The notes under the pieces were generated by a model that made no database searches, was not told the origin of the DNA, and saw only the letters and a list, made by a program, of their open reading frames with translations. The translations under genes were made by a program, and so were the position numbers. DNA of 64,000 bases from Octopus sinensis (Eukaryota), in assembly GCF_006345805.1 (NCBI RefSeq), contig NC_043002.1:48360001-48424000 (forward strand), given 5' to 3'. Each line of letters starts with the position of its first letter. The first letter of the stretch is position 1. Of this stretch, positions 37,892 to 51,484 are shown piece by piece.

Positions 37892-39434
37892 AAATGGACA
37901 ACTGAATTATTTTATAGTCAGACATGTAACCAAGAATACATTTGATATCCTGTCATTTGTACTACATTTTTATTTAAAATTAATACACTTAGTTCAGCGC
38001 TTAACTTTATGTATGTGATGTGATTTACCTCTAAAAGTAGTAGCAGAACTGCAGAATTTATGGGTGATTCCCTTTTCTGCAATACTGAGTTCAATTCTAT
38101 CCCAAGAGGAGAGAAGATTTACTTCCTATCCGTTGAAGACTACATGGTAAAAAGTAGAGAAAGTATCCATCGAATGATTCATAGAAATTTGTATTTCATA
38201 ATCAAATCAAACGGTCAACTTGGTTGCAGACAGTTAGGAAGTTAATTTCGCAATCTATCTAAAATGGATAACGGTGTGTGATAAGAAAATTTGAAGATTT
38301 AACTTCTAATTCTCGTGGGTTAAACAACCGCATTCCCTCGCTGTTTCCTTTATATTTGAGCTATATACCAAGACAAGACTTCTTAGTAAACTGCATTCTC
38401 TCTGAATACAGGTTGCATTGAATGGAATTGTCTCAATCAGTTTATTACTAACTAGCACACAAATGTATTCTGATCTCCATTTTACACATACTCAAACAAT
38501 ATATATTACTATAGGAATACTGACATTCTAATTAGAATCATAGTTTTACATTTTACTAATAAAGAACTATTCTCTAATTAGTACAATTGCACTGGCAGAA
38601 AGTATTATATTTTTTTTCTATGTTCTTATTCGACAAATTTGAGTCGGAATCCCATAGAAAGGAGTGGTTTAGTGGCACCAGACATCAGTTGATACAAATA
38701 CCACTTTCAATTTATTTACAAACCGGAGATAATCAATTTATCTTGTGTTCCAAATATTTTAAGGTCATTTATACGGTTACATGGTTGCTATTTGTGTACC
38801 AGTCCTTTTCCAGTTAAATAATTATTAAATATATCTTTTTGATGCACAATGATTTCTAATGAGAGCCAACTTAGCCTAAAACAACACTTGTAGGAGTAAT
38901 GAGAGTTCCAGTAATAATGATAACGTCAATAGTAACGTTTACCAGTGCGACGACGACGACATTCACACAATTGATTAATTATTTTTAATTGGACACTTTT
39001 TTTCCCAGTATGATTGTACGAACAGGGATAGGCATACTTAACATTAGAGACAAGAGCAAACATTTATAGGTCTGTCCCCGACGAAACGAGTCCGTACTTA
39101 AGAAACTCACATATACAACATTTATTTCAACATGAGTTAATGATTTGCGATATTTATAAATACACTTTGTAACAATGTTATTTTGAAGTAATACAATCGA
39201 CAGTTATTATTTATGTTAATATATATGATATTTTCCATAAGTAAAAGTTTTAAAAATTGTCAAACATACTTCAGCCTTGTCACCTAACTCGAAATATTCA
39301 CCTCCAGCACTAATTGTAGGTCTGATACTTATGGTATCGCACTTTTTTTACCGAAATTTTAGGTTACGGGTTCGTAAACAAACCAAAACCAGCTAGAAAG
39401 TAGTAGGGAACCACGCACACATATATGTGTGTGG

Positions 39435-39556
39435 CAGGCTTCCACACACTTTATGGCCGGGTCTGTAGTAAAAAGGCACTTGAGGTGCCACGCTGTGGGA
39501 TTGAACCGGAAACCACGTGACTGTGAAGCGAACCTCTTTGCTACTTAGCCATGCCT
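39435..39556 (-). mobile_element. SINE 5' fragment
   Basis: Reverse complement GGCATGGCTAAGTAGCAAAG...GGTTCAATCCCACAGCGTGGCACC. Confidence 0.6.
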
Positions 39557-39563
39557 GTTACTC

Positions 39564-40200
39564 ATAGTCCCAAAATTAAAAGATAACACAATTAAATTAA
39601 ATTTATATACCTAAGTATTATCACGCTGAGGAAAAAGTAAGCAACATTTAGTAACATGAAATTCATCACAATATATTTCAACATTACGAAAATTTTATTC
39701 ATCAAAGTACCATTACAATCAACACATTTTTCCAACAAGTTACAACTTCGTTTATTCCAGCAACATAAGAATCTGGAGTTCTGGAGCTGATGAACTCTTT
39801 GAACACACTTTCAGCATCGGTTTGATTTTTGAACTCCTCTCGCAGGAAACCATCAAGGTGCTTGAAAATGTTCTAGTCGTTAGGAGAAAGGTCTGGAGAA
39901 TAAGCTGGGTGGGGAAGAACTTCGTATCCAAGTTCCTTCAACTTCTGGAGCGTCATTAGTGAAATATGTGATCGAGCATTGTCATGAAGAATGATTGGCC
40001 TTCTTCTGTTGACCAATATGGGACGGAGGAGTGGCAGTTTTTCGTTCATTTTGGGAATTTCATGGCAATGTGTTTCTGCAGTAATGATTTTTCCGGGTTT
40101 TAAGTTATAATGGACTAACAAAGGTTTTTTTAAAAAACTGTTCAACAAGATAATGCACATAAAACAAGCAACTCACTGCCTTTTGTGAAACACCACGTCC
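39564..40200 (-). mobile_element. Mariner element, internally deleted
   Basis: HDNARSH and HPAYSPDLSPND (DD34D region) in ORF 39873..40160; 3' terminus probably near 39564. Confidence 0.85.
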
Positions 40201-40344
40201 AACGCAAAACCGAGGAGAATGAATCTCAAGTAGTTCATGATCGATATTTTTCGTGCAGCGTACCAGATGATTGTAACAACAGTGACAAAATGCCAGTGTT
40301 AATATATTAATGCTTTTTGGGCAAGTCTTATGTCTCTACTACTA

Positions 40345-42386
40345 CCATGGACAACAAAAAAGTTATTACTAGAGTTAAAGCATGTATTTTAAACCAACTC
40401 GAAGATGCTGATTCCGAATCCGCTCTCAGAATTTTTCTAACACGTCAGGATTCTGAGTTATGTGCATGCGCAAAATTATAACTATACTTTTGGCTAGATA
40501 TAGGCCACATAAAATTTGCTAAAATGAAAGCGGTCTGAATTCAAAATTAAAGAAATAACAGATATAAAACAAACGTTGAAAAAGTTCATTATGTAGTTTA
40601 GCAATAGATGGCGCTGACGTATTGTGTGCAATGACAAATACGTCAGTTTGTTCTTGCGCTGCCCTCATGTGTGGCATGTGTATCGCTCGCTCTGCGTGAT
40701 TAATGTTTTAACTTTGTCCATTGTGTTAGATCATGAATAGGACAGGATGTGTGAATCACCCAGGCAACTTTTTGTATGTCCGTAGAAAATTTGCTCAACG
40801 TGAACAGCGGAAGAACATTTCCACCAAATTAAAAACTGCATATAAATATTATTTCGAGTGTAAAGTTGGGGACCGGACAAGATGTGGGCACGTCATATAT
40901 GATGCACCATGTTTTACTCAGGACTTACACTGTGGCTGAATGGAAAACGGAAGGGAATGCCTTTTGCTATACCAATGGTATGGAGTGAGTCAACCAATCA
41001 TGTCTTTGATAGTTTCTTTTGTATGACTATTGTTAGTGGTTTCTCAAAGAATACCAAAGCAAAAGTTGTGTATGAAGATTGTAAGTCGGCTCTAAAACCG
41101 GTCACACATGACTTCGAGAACTTTGTCACATTTCTCTTCTCATATGCTTCACTTGAAAATCGTGATACGTCACACGATGAAGCCCCTGACTCTCCTATCG
41201 TCGAAGAGTACGTAGTTGATCCTAAGAAAAATTAACCACGCTACTTTAATAAAAAAGGTCTGAACGATTTAGCATGAGATAAAGCATTGTCTCTAATGGT
41301 AATGAATAACCTTCCATTCATGTGGGTCATGTTGTCGGTATGGTAGAAACCTATAAATCGATGATAAGAGTTAATTACTCAGTTCATAACTGGAATATTT
41401 GTGGTGATCTAAAGGTGATTCCTCTCCTCCTAGGACTGCTGCTGGGATATACTGAAAATACATGATTCTTATGCGTTTGGAACAGCTATAAAAGACTAGC
41501 CTAAAAGACTAGTTGGTAGGTACAAAGTGTAGCATATGACACTGGTAGACCCGCAAAAGATCTCCCTTTCACACCTTCACATCAGACTCGGCCTCATGAA
41601 AATCTTTGTAAAAGAAATGACACACGATCGTTGTGGCTTCCAGTACCTAAAAGTAAAATTTGGTGCAGAGAAAAATAACGCAAAACTGAAGACATTTTCA
41701 TTGGACCCGAGATCAGAGAATTGATATCTGATAGCAAATTTAGAGGGAAACTGAATCCAGTTGAGCTGACGGCATATACAGAACTTTCTTGGATATCACA
41801 GAACTGAAAACAATGCTGATTTTATAAACAACGTATGAAAGAATTGGATGCCGAATGTCCCTTAAAATTCACTTCTTGCATTGTCATCTCGATTCTTTTC
41901 CAACGAATCTTGGTGCCGTTAGTGATGAGCATGGTGAGAGGTTCCTCCAGGACATATCTGAGGGGGAAACGAGGTAACAAGGCCGGTTCAATCCACGCAC
42001 GATGGGTGGCTACTGCTGGTTCGTACAACGGGAGAACAGCACGACGTATAAGCGGAAGAGCAAGTGTCTGAAACATTTCTGAGCTGAGCATATCAAAAAT
42101 AAAATATTCACTTAACATAAATATATTATGTACCATTATATTATAATACTATTTGCCTTGAACATAAATTTACTATGTACAGTACTAATATACTATTATA
42201 ATAATTATTTGCCTTAACTATTCCTGATTCTAATATAATATTAATATATAATTTGGCTTATCACTCAAAATCTCGACGTGCTATAGCAATTCCGAGTTCA
42301 AATTCGGAATTAGTGAACTCGATTTAGTTTAGTACAGCACCATTTGTCTGGGTAGCAGACATCAAATCCTTGTTTGTTGCCCACTG
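40345..42386 (+). mobile_element. Chapaev3-like DNA transposon, defective copy 2
   Basis: Colinear with copy 1 but with extra deletions. Ends CCATGGACAACAAAA / TTTGTTGCCCACTG. Confidence 0.85.
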
Positions 42387-42623
42387 TTATCAGACAAATA
42401 AAAAAAAAACGTTTAAGAAAACTTCAAAACTCTGCAAAAACCCGGTACAAATTCTTCATGGTTAAAAACGTTGCTTAATTTTTACTGATATAATTAAAAA
42501 AGAGGATATGCCAAAATTTGAAATGCAGTCAAATACCTAAGCAAAAGTTAACCTCTTCCGTATTTAAGATTATGAATCCATTCACGTAACATACAATTTA
42601 TATATACTCAACTTTGTGAAAAT

Positions 42624-42680
<57 letters not shown>

Positions 42681-42768
42681 CGTAAACACACATATAATAG
42701 GATTTTCACAATGTTGGGCATATATTAATTGTATCTATGTATATATATACACATACACAATTATATAT

Positions 42769-42832
<64 letters not shown>

Positions 42833-42927
42833 AGTATATATATATATGTGTGTCTGTATGTATGTATGTATGTATGTATATATGTCAAGTTTGGAATAAT
42901 ATATAAGTTTGGAATAATATTCCCTCA

Positions 42928-42982
<55 letters not shown>

Positions 42983-42985
<3 letters not shown>

Positions 42986-45097
42986 TAGTTTTATTTTTAT
43001 TGCGTGCTTTCACTTCACTACCGAGCGCAGCTCTGTGTGCCTTGGGTATGTGCTGTGATTTGTTGTGATGCTCTGATGGTTATTGTATGGAAAGTGTTCT
43101 GCGTAGGATGTGTGCAGTGCCTAGTAGTGCAATTTTCTGTATGTTATATGTGTTTGTAAGTCCTGTGTTTTTGTTATGTATTTGTCTGAATATTTTTTTA
43201 TCATGCCTAATGCACCTACTATGATAGGAATTGTTTCTGTTTTCAGGTTCCACATTCTAGTTACCTCTATTTCCAGGTCTTTGTATTTTGAGAGTTTCTC
43301 CATTTCTTTTAGAGACACGTTGTCATCTGCCGGTATTGATACATCAATTAGAAAGCATTTTTTTCTTCATGATCTCTGACAACTATATCTGGTCTGTTGG
43401 CCTTATTTCTCTATCTGTGTGTATCGGCATATCCCAGAGTAGGGTTGCTTTCTCGTTTTCTGTGACCTTTTCTGGTGTGTGCCTATACCATCTTTTTTCT
43501 GTTGTTATTCCATAATGTTGGCATAGCTTCCAATGTATGTAGGTTCCAACTCTGTCATGTCTGTGAATATATTCCTTCTTAGCCAGGACTGGGCAGCTAG
43601 AGATAATATGATTTATTGTTTCTTGTCCATCTCCACATATTCTGCAGTTACTTGTAATATTTCTTTTCATTACATGTTTTTGGTAATTTCTGGTGGGGAG
43701 GCTTTGGTCTTGTGCTGCAATTAAAAATCCCTCTGTTCTGCTTTGAGTCCTGAGCTTCTCAACCATTGCTGGGATTTTTCTTTGTCTATTTCTTTTGCGT
43801 TTAGTTTAGTGCAGTAGGGTTTTTCTTGCCATCGTTTTATCATGGCTCGTTGCTGTTCTATTTTTAGTTTGGATTTCATTTGTTTTATAGCTTTTGTTGT
43901 TTCTTCATCATCTTCTTCTTCTTCTTTGTGTTTATTAGGTGGTATGATTTCTTGTTTGTATTGTCAGCTTCCTTAATACTGAGGACAGTGTTTTGTTTTG
44001 CTCGTGTTTTGCTGCTATCTGGATCAGTTTTCCTTCCTTCTGAAGTAGGTATTTTTGCAGTCCTATGGTGGTTATTTTATAGTAGTTTTCCAGCTGTATA
44101 AGGCCTCTACCACCTTCTATACGTTGTATATATAGTCTTTCTATGTCAGATTTTGGGTGATGCATCCTAGATCCTGTCAGTATTTTTCCTGTTTTCCTAT
44201 CTATTTTGGACAGTTCATTTCGTGTCCAGTTAAGGATATTGTAGCTGTAACTTATAACTGGGACAGCTAAAGTGTTGATACCTATTATCTTGTGTTTAGC
44301 ATTGAGCTCTGTTTTTAGTATTGATCTAACTCGTCTATAATATTCTTTTTTTATTTTCTCTTTCATTTGTGTGTGTTGTGTCTTATCTAGTTCATGGATT
44401 CCTAAGTATTTGTAAGTTTGGCTTTGGTCTAATTCTTTTATTTCATTGGTTTTATCTAGTGTGATGTTGTTACTCTTAACTAGTTTTCCTCTTTTCATGG
44501 TTACTTTGGCGCATTTTTCTAATCCAAATTTCATATCTATTTCTTTGGTAAATCCATGAACTGTCTTTAATAGTGTTTCCAGCTGTTTGTCATTTGCAGC
44601 GTATAGTTTTAGGTCATCCATATATAAAAGGTGGCTGATCGTTTTGCCGTAACATTTATATCCGCATCCAGTTCTATTTAGCATATCAGATAGAGGTGAC
44701 AGTGCCAAGCAGAAAAGGAGTGGAGAGAGCGTGTCTCCCTGGAATATTCCTCTTCTAATGGGGATGTCTTTGGTTTTCATGAGTCCCTCTTTTGTTTGGA
44801 GGTGTAGGACTGTTTGCCATTTATTCATAGAGTGCTCTATGAATTTTATGATTGTTGGTGCTACTTTGTTAATGTCTAGTGTTTCGAGGATCCATGTGTG
44901 TGGGATGCTATCAAACGCCTTTTTGTAGTCAATCCAGGCCATACTGAGGCCTTTCTTCTTTCTGTGGCTGTCTTCAGTTACGGCTTTATTAATCATTAGT
45001 TGATCTTTACAGCCATATGAGCCCTTGCGGCATCCTTTCTGCTCTTCTGGGAACAGTTTGTTTTCGTCCAGGCGCTTGTTCAGCCTTTGCGATATCA

Positions 45098-45098
<1 letters not shown>
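42983..45098 (-). mobile_element. 5'-truncated Dong/R4-clade non-LTR retrotransposon in (TAA)n, copy 1 (frameshifted)
   Basis: RT motifs (RGIFQGDTLSP, LLYMDD), CCHC finger CRICG...H...C, RHD. (TAA)n on both sides. Confidence 0.9.
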
Positions 45099-45159
<61 letters not shown>

Positions 45160-45637
45160 TTATATTTATGCATATATAACTTTTATGGCTTTCTTATATT
45201 CGCCATATCACTCCACATACCGAATTTTTCATGCTTTTACTTTTATGTATATTCTTAATTCATGTATCTATCATTTCTATTTCTTAAGCAATAATTTCTT
45301 ATATATTCTGAGTGTCTTAATGTATTGTTCTATTAATGTATGTTATAAATAGAAGCTAATTATCTAGATTTTTTTCTTCTTTAAATTATATTATTTACTA
45401 TCTAGCGTCTCGCGTTCAACTGAGCACTTCGAAGAAGTTCTATAATTTTTCGGAAGAAAAAGCAGTATATATATATATATTATATATATATATATATTAT
45501 ATATATATATATATATTATATATATATATATATATATAAGTATATATATATATGTGTGTCTGTATGTATGTATGTATGTATGTATATATATGTCAAGTTT
45601 GGAATAATATATATAAGTTTGGAATAATATTCCCTCA

Positions 45638-45692
<55 letters not shown>

Positions 45693-45695
<3 letters not shown>

Positions 45696-47809
45696 TAGTT
45701 TTATTTTTATTGCGTGCTTTCACTTCACTACCGAGCGCAGCTCTGTGTGCCTTGGGTATGTGCTGTGATTTGTTGTGATGCTCTGATGGTTATTGTATGG
45801 AAAGTGTTCTGCGTAGGATGTGTGCAGTGCCTAGTAGTGCAATTTTCTGTATGTTATATGTGTTTGTAAGTCCTGGTGTTTTTGTTATGTATTTGTCTGA
45901 ATATTTTTTTATCATGCCTAATGCACCTACTATGATAGGAATTGTTTCTGTTTTCAGGTTCCACATTCTAGTTACCTCTATTTCCAGGTCTTTGTATTTT
46001 GAGAGTTTCTCCATTTCTTTTAGAGCCACGTTGTCATCTGCCGGTATTGATACATCAATTAGAAAGCATTTTTTTCTTCATGATCTCTGACAACAATATC
46101 TGGTCTGTTGGCCTTAATTTCTCTATCTGTGTGTATCGGCATATCCCAGAGTAGGGTTGCTTTCTCGTTTTCTGTGACCTTTTCTGGTGTGTGCCTATAC
46201 CATCTTTTTTCTGTTGTTATTCCATAATGTTGGCATAGCTTCCAATGTATGTAGGTTCCAACTCTGTCATGTCTGTGAATATATTCCTTCTTAGCCAGGA
46301 CTGGGCAGCTAGAGATAATATGATTTATTGTTTCTTGTCCATCTCCACATATTCTGCAGTTACTTGTAATATTTCTTTTCATTACATGTTTTTGGTAATT
46401 TCTGGTGGGGAGGCTTTGGTCTTGTGCTGCAATTAAAAATCCCTCTGTTTCTGCTTTGAGTCCTGAGCTTCTCAACCATTGCTGGGATTTTTCTTTGTCT
46501 ATTTCTTTTGCGTTTAGTTTAGTGCAGTAGGGTTTTTCTTGCCATCGTTTTATCATGGCTCGTTGCTGTTCTATTTTTAGTTTGGATTTCATTTGTTTTA
46601 TAGCTTTTGTTGTTTCTTCATCATCTTCTTCTTCTTCTTTGTGTTTATTAGGTGGTATGATTTCTTGTTTGTATTTGTCAGCTTCCTTAAATACTGAGGA
46701 CAGTGTTTTGTTTTGCTCGTGTTTTGCTGCTATCTGGATCAGTTTTCCTTCCTTCTGAAGTAGGTATTTTTGCAGTCCTATGGTGGTTATTTTATAGTAG
46801 TTTTCCAGCTGTATAAGGCCTCTACCACCTTCTATACGTTGTATATATAGTCTTTCTATGTCAGATTTTGGGTGATGCATCCTAGATCCTGTCAGTATTT
46901 TTCCTGTTTTCCTATCTATTTTGGACAGTTCATTTCGTGTCCAGTTAAGGATATTGTAGCTGTAACTTATAACTGGGACAGCTAAAGTGTTGATACCTAT
47001 TATCTTGTGTTTAGCATTGAGCTCTGTTTTTAGTATTGATCTAACTCGTCTATAATATTCTTTTTTTATTTTCTCTTTCATTTGTGTGTGTTGTGTCTTA
47101 TCTAGTTCATGGATTCCTAAGTATTTGTAAGTTTGGCTTTGGTCTAATTCTTTTATTTCATTGGTTTTATCTAGTGTGATGTTGTTACTCTTAACTAGTT
47201 TTCCTCTTTTCATGGTTACTTTGGCGCATTTTTCTAATCCAAATTTCATATCTATTTCTTTGGTAAATCCATGAACTGTCTTTAATAGTGTTTCCAGCTG
47301 TTTGTCATTTGCAGCGTATAGTTTTAGGTCATCCATATATAAAAGGTGGCTGATCGTTTTGCCGTAACATTTATATCCGCATCCAGTTCTATTTAGCATA
47401 TCAGATAGAGGTGACAGTGCCAAGCAGAAAAGGAGTGGAGAGAGCGTGTCTCCCTGGAATATTCCTCTTCTAATGGGGATGTCTTTGGTTTTCATGAGTC
47501 CCTCTTTTGTTTGGAGGTGTAGGACTGTTTGCCATTTATTCATAGAGTGCTCTATGAATTTTATGATTGTTGGTGCTACTTTGTTAATGTCTAGTGTTTC
47601 GAGGATCCATGTGTGTGGGATGCTATCAAACGCCTTTTTGTAGTCAATCCAGGCCATACTGAGGCCTTTCTTCTTTCTGTGGCTGTCTTCAGTTACGGCT
47701 TTATTAATCATTAGTTGATCTTTACAGCCATATGAGCCCTTGCGGCATCCTTTCTGCTCTTCTGGGAACAGTTTGTTTTCGTCCAGGCGCTTGTTCAGCC
47801 TTTGCGATA

Positions 47810-47813
<4 letters not shown>
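45693..47813 (-). mobile_element. 5'-truncated Dong/R4-clade non-LTR retrotransposon in (TAA)n, copy 2
   Basis: Same boundaries as copy 1; (TAA)n on both sides. Confidence 0.92.
45790..47813 (-). pseudogene. Dong/R4 RT plus restriction-like endonuclease ORF (46059..47813 plus 45790..46029, one frameshift)
   Basis: YMDD, CCHC, RHD, RPDIVV...(frameshift)...IDVSIP...EKLSKY RLE motifs. Confidence 0.9.
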
Positions 47814-47875
<62 letters not shown>

Positions 47876-48182
47876 TTATATTTATGCATATATAACTTTT
47901 ATGGCTTTCTTATATTCGCCATATCACTCCACATACCGAATTTTTCATGCTTTTACTTTTATGTATATTCTTAATTCATGTATCTATCATTTCTATTTCT
48001 TAAGCAATAATTTCTTATATATTCTGAGTGTCTTAATGTATTTGTTCTATTAATGTATGTTATAAATAGAAGCTAATTATCTAGATTTTTTTCTTCTTTA
48101 AATTATATTATTTACTATCTAGCGTCTCGCGTTCAACCTGAGCACTTCGAAGAAGTTCTATAATTTTTCGGAAGAAAAAGCA

Positions 48183-48255
<73 letters not shown>

Positions 48256-48496
48256 TATGTATATTTACTATATATTTACTATATATTTGTGAAAGAGCAG
48301 ACATCGTCTCACAAGCAGTTGTGCAGGCAAAAGTGTTAGTAAATCGGAAAATTTGCATACCTATGTTAAAAGTGCTGGAAAGTTTGCATGGTAACTTTGA
48401 GTTTGCTCAATTGAAAGGCATGGCCTCTAGGGCAAAATTCCTCATCTTTAGAATGTGGCCCGAGTAGACCCGAATGAAATAAGGCCATAATACTAG

Positions 48497-48556
<60 letters not shown>

Positions 48557-51484
48557 AATGCACGCACATGAGAGTATCGTTTTACTGTTTTGCTAGTTTG
48601 TTTGTCTCCATTGCAAGCGATATTTATGTTATCTACGTATATTAGAATACAGAATTTTGTTTCAGATTTGTCTGATGCAAAATCATTAGTTATAAAAGTT
48701 GTATTGTCACATGGAAATATTTAAAATAGGCGTCATACAGAACATAATCGAAGGTAGAAGGCCTTGAGAGTTTATGTAATATTCAGTACGTGAAATCTAC
48801 CACTTTCTCTTCTAATATGCGTACGTTTATGCACATGTCTGTTTCTGTGGCTTCTTGTCTCTTCACTCTTGATATCCTAATGCATTTAAGATCATATGCC
48901 TAGTGCAACCTATTGCAGCTGTCATACTCCTTCGCAAACTTTCACAGATTAATAAATTTTTAATTGGAATCAATTAGATTCTATATCTGAATAAGATGCA
49001 ACTGAATAGCTTTATATATATATATATATATATCATAAGACTTCAAATATTAATGGATTTAATCTCCTTCATAAAATCGCGCACCTAAATTCAGATTATA
49101 GAAGAAATATAGATATTAAGTGAATCATAACCCTGATCGCATTTACGATATGATTCTGTAAAATTTATTACACAAAATTATTTACTGTGATGCAAACAAT
49201 CTCATGGATATATTCAAATATATTCATACACTTAATGAAATACATACACATGTATACACCTATTTATATATCATATGAGTTGAATTATACATTTTGTAGA
49301 TATTTATCTTATTCGCTCCGATAGAGAACACTCACATTCAACATCAATACAATACATATGCAGCCTGAATTTCGGATAAATTCATATTTGGTCGCAGTAA
49401 ATTTTGGTTCAGTTGCAAGTATTTTACAGAATTGATTATTACGACCAGGTTAAATTCTTCTTTGCAAAGTAACGTATGATGTAAAACTCAGTAAAGAAGT
49501 GTCTTGTTTGCGTTGGAACATAAAGTAGAATCCAAGCAGTTGTTATAGGGTAAGAGAAAATGCCTAGCAATATTTGTTCCGCTATTCGTGGATTGAGTTC
49601 AAACCCATATCCAGGTTGACTTTTGTTTTTAATCACTTCGGGGTTGTGGTGATAAATTAGCAGTCCTAGACGAAAACTTGACAGGATTGTTAGAGTGTTG
49701 GGCGAAATACTTTGCAGTATTGTTTCTGACTCTTTTGGGGTTTAGGGTAGAAATTTAAGTCCAAGGCTCAGTTTAATATCATCTCTTTGGATGCTTTTGG
49801 TGGAACAAGAACAGAGATTTCAGAATGATATCCTCCCTTCATTGCACTAATCTTGGAGATTCTCCAAAACCAAGAGTCAATCATTGCCCTTCCGTCCCTG
49901 ACTAAGTGGTTCTCCCGCTCGATGCAATTAATATTATGTGGTAGCCAACTTGGTAATTGTACAGTTTTATTCTGTTAAATGTAATACTTTAAAGGGATTT
50001 AAAATCAGCACATGAAGAAGCAGATCATTGGTAACTGCTATTGAAACCAAATCTTGTTTAAAAAAACAAATAACGATCTGATGATTGAGTGTTACAGAAA
50101 TCTAAAAGAACTAAAAGTCCCAAAATTAACCACTTCAGTGGTATACTGTTACATACCAATGGTACTTTATTTCGAAGAACATGTTGTGTGTGTGTGTCTG
50201 TGTGTAATGCCAGTTCGCCATGTCAGAGCAGCCAGCTGTTTTCGGTAATTATCCAAATCTTTTCCTCTGTACTTAGAGTGTCGTTCGCAGATATGCAAGT
50301 TTCTGCAGCGCAGAGATCCCTAGGTAGTTATAAACCACTTTTGTCCCTTGTTAGATACGCTTACTTATACGAGGTCACTCCTTTGACCAAGTTACGGCTT
50401 GGAAAAACTATAAACTGTAGAGATTTACTCTTGGAATGTCATGAATAGCTGGCTGTTCTATGTTGGCTGGAATCTTGGTAAGTTAATGTCTGACGCAGTA
50501 TATAAAGCGTTATAGGAATGTATGACTGACAATAACCAGACTATTCGGTCTTAGTATTATTAAGATGGAAGAAATAAGTAGTTCAAGATTAACTATATAG
50601 CAAGAATACTTTATTGATATGATCTGGGGTTGAATACAAGCAGACAAATGTAATCATCAACCTAATCTATTGCTAGCATTACCCACCGTCTTTTGAAAGA
50701 CTGGGCGATAAAGTAGGTGTTTCTCTATGGCAAAAAAAAATGTCTTGTGGAGGAAATTGAAATGGTTCTATCTTTCTCGGTATTTTTTTCTCAAATTCCA
50801 ATTGAAATGGAAAGTATCTGTAAACAGAGTAGTTCTGACTTTGAGTAAATTTATAAAATGTAATTGACAGTGGCAGAACTGATATAATCGAATTGGTTTG
50901 ATTATTATTCCAGAATAAGGAAGATGATCTAGGATTTGTAAGTTGAAGCACTCGCTTTCACTCTATTACTGCATTAATGTTTGAGAAAATTACTTTAATG
51001 TTGAATTATTTAAGTCACAATTCTGTTTTGGCTTCAAGATTCTGTTACGACACTTATTATTCGTTTCAACGTTCTTTTTATTAAACTTTAACAAATGAAT
51101 GCTGATTAGTCTGTTTAATTTCAACTTGTGTTCTTTAAAGTGATATGACTTAAATATATTTTTCTAATAATGCACAATAGTGGGCCGCATTAAGCCGAAA
51201 CAATTTGTAACTTACTTTGCAGCCAAGTGGTTTCGAATTCAGATTCACTGAACGGCATCTAGGGCAAAAGTCTTCTGCTATAGCTCCGGGCCGCATGAGT
51301 GTACGCGCGCGTGTGTGCTTGTATTTATGAAATTATAATAGTCTGTATACATATGTCTACATATGTGTACATACGTACATACACACACACACCCAGAACC
51401 ATACACATATATATGTAAATATATATAAATTCATACATGATAAAATAAATATCTATATATATACACACATACATCCATATAAAA

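Larger units (their letters stand above)
42770..48185. repeat. Tandem duplication of a ~2.7-kb unit (Dong element plus flanks)
   Basis: ~42770-45465 vs ~45470-48185 are nearly identical, including flanks; differences are mostly 1-bp indels. Confidence 0.9.

Noticed and set aside
50355-50478. Exon-like segment between CCCTTGTTAG and GTAAGT
   Set aside because: Stops in all three frames and no other support.
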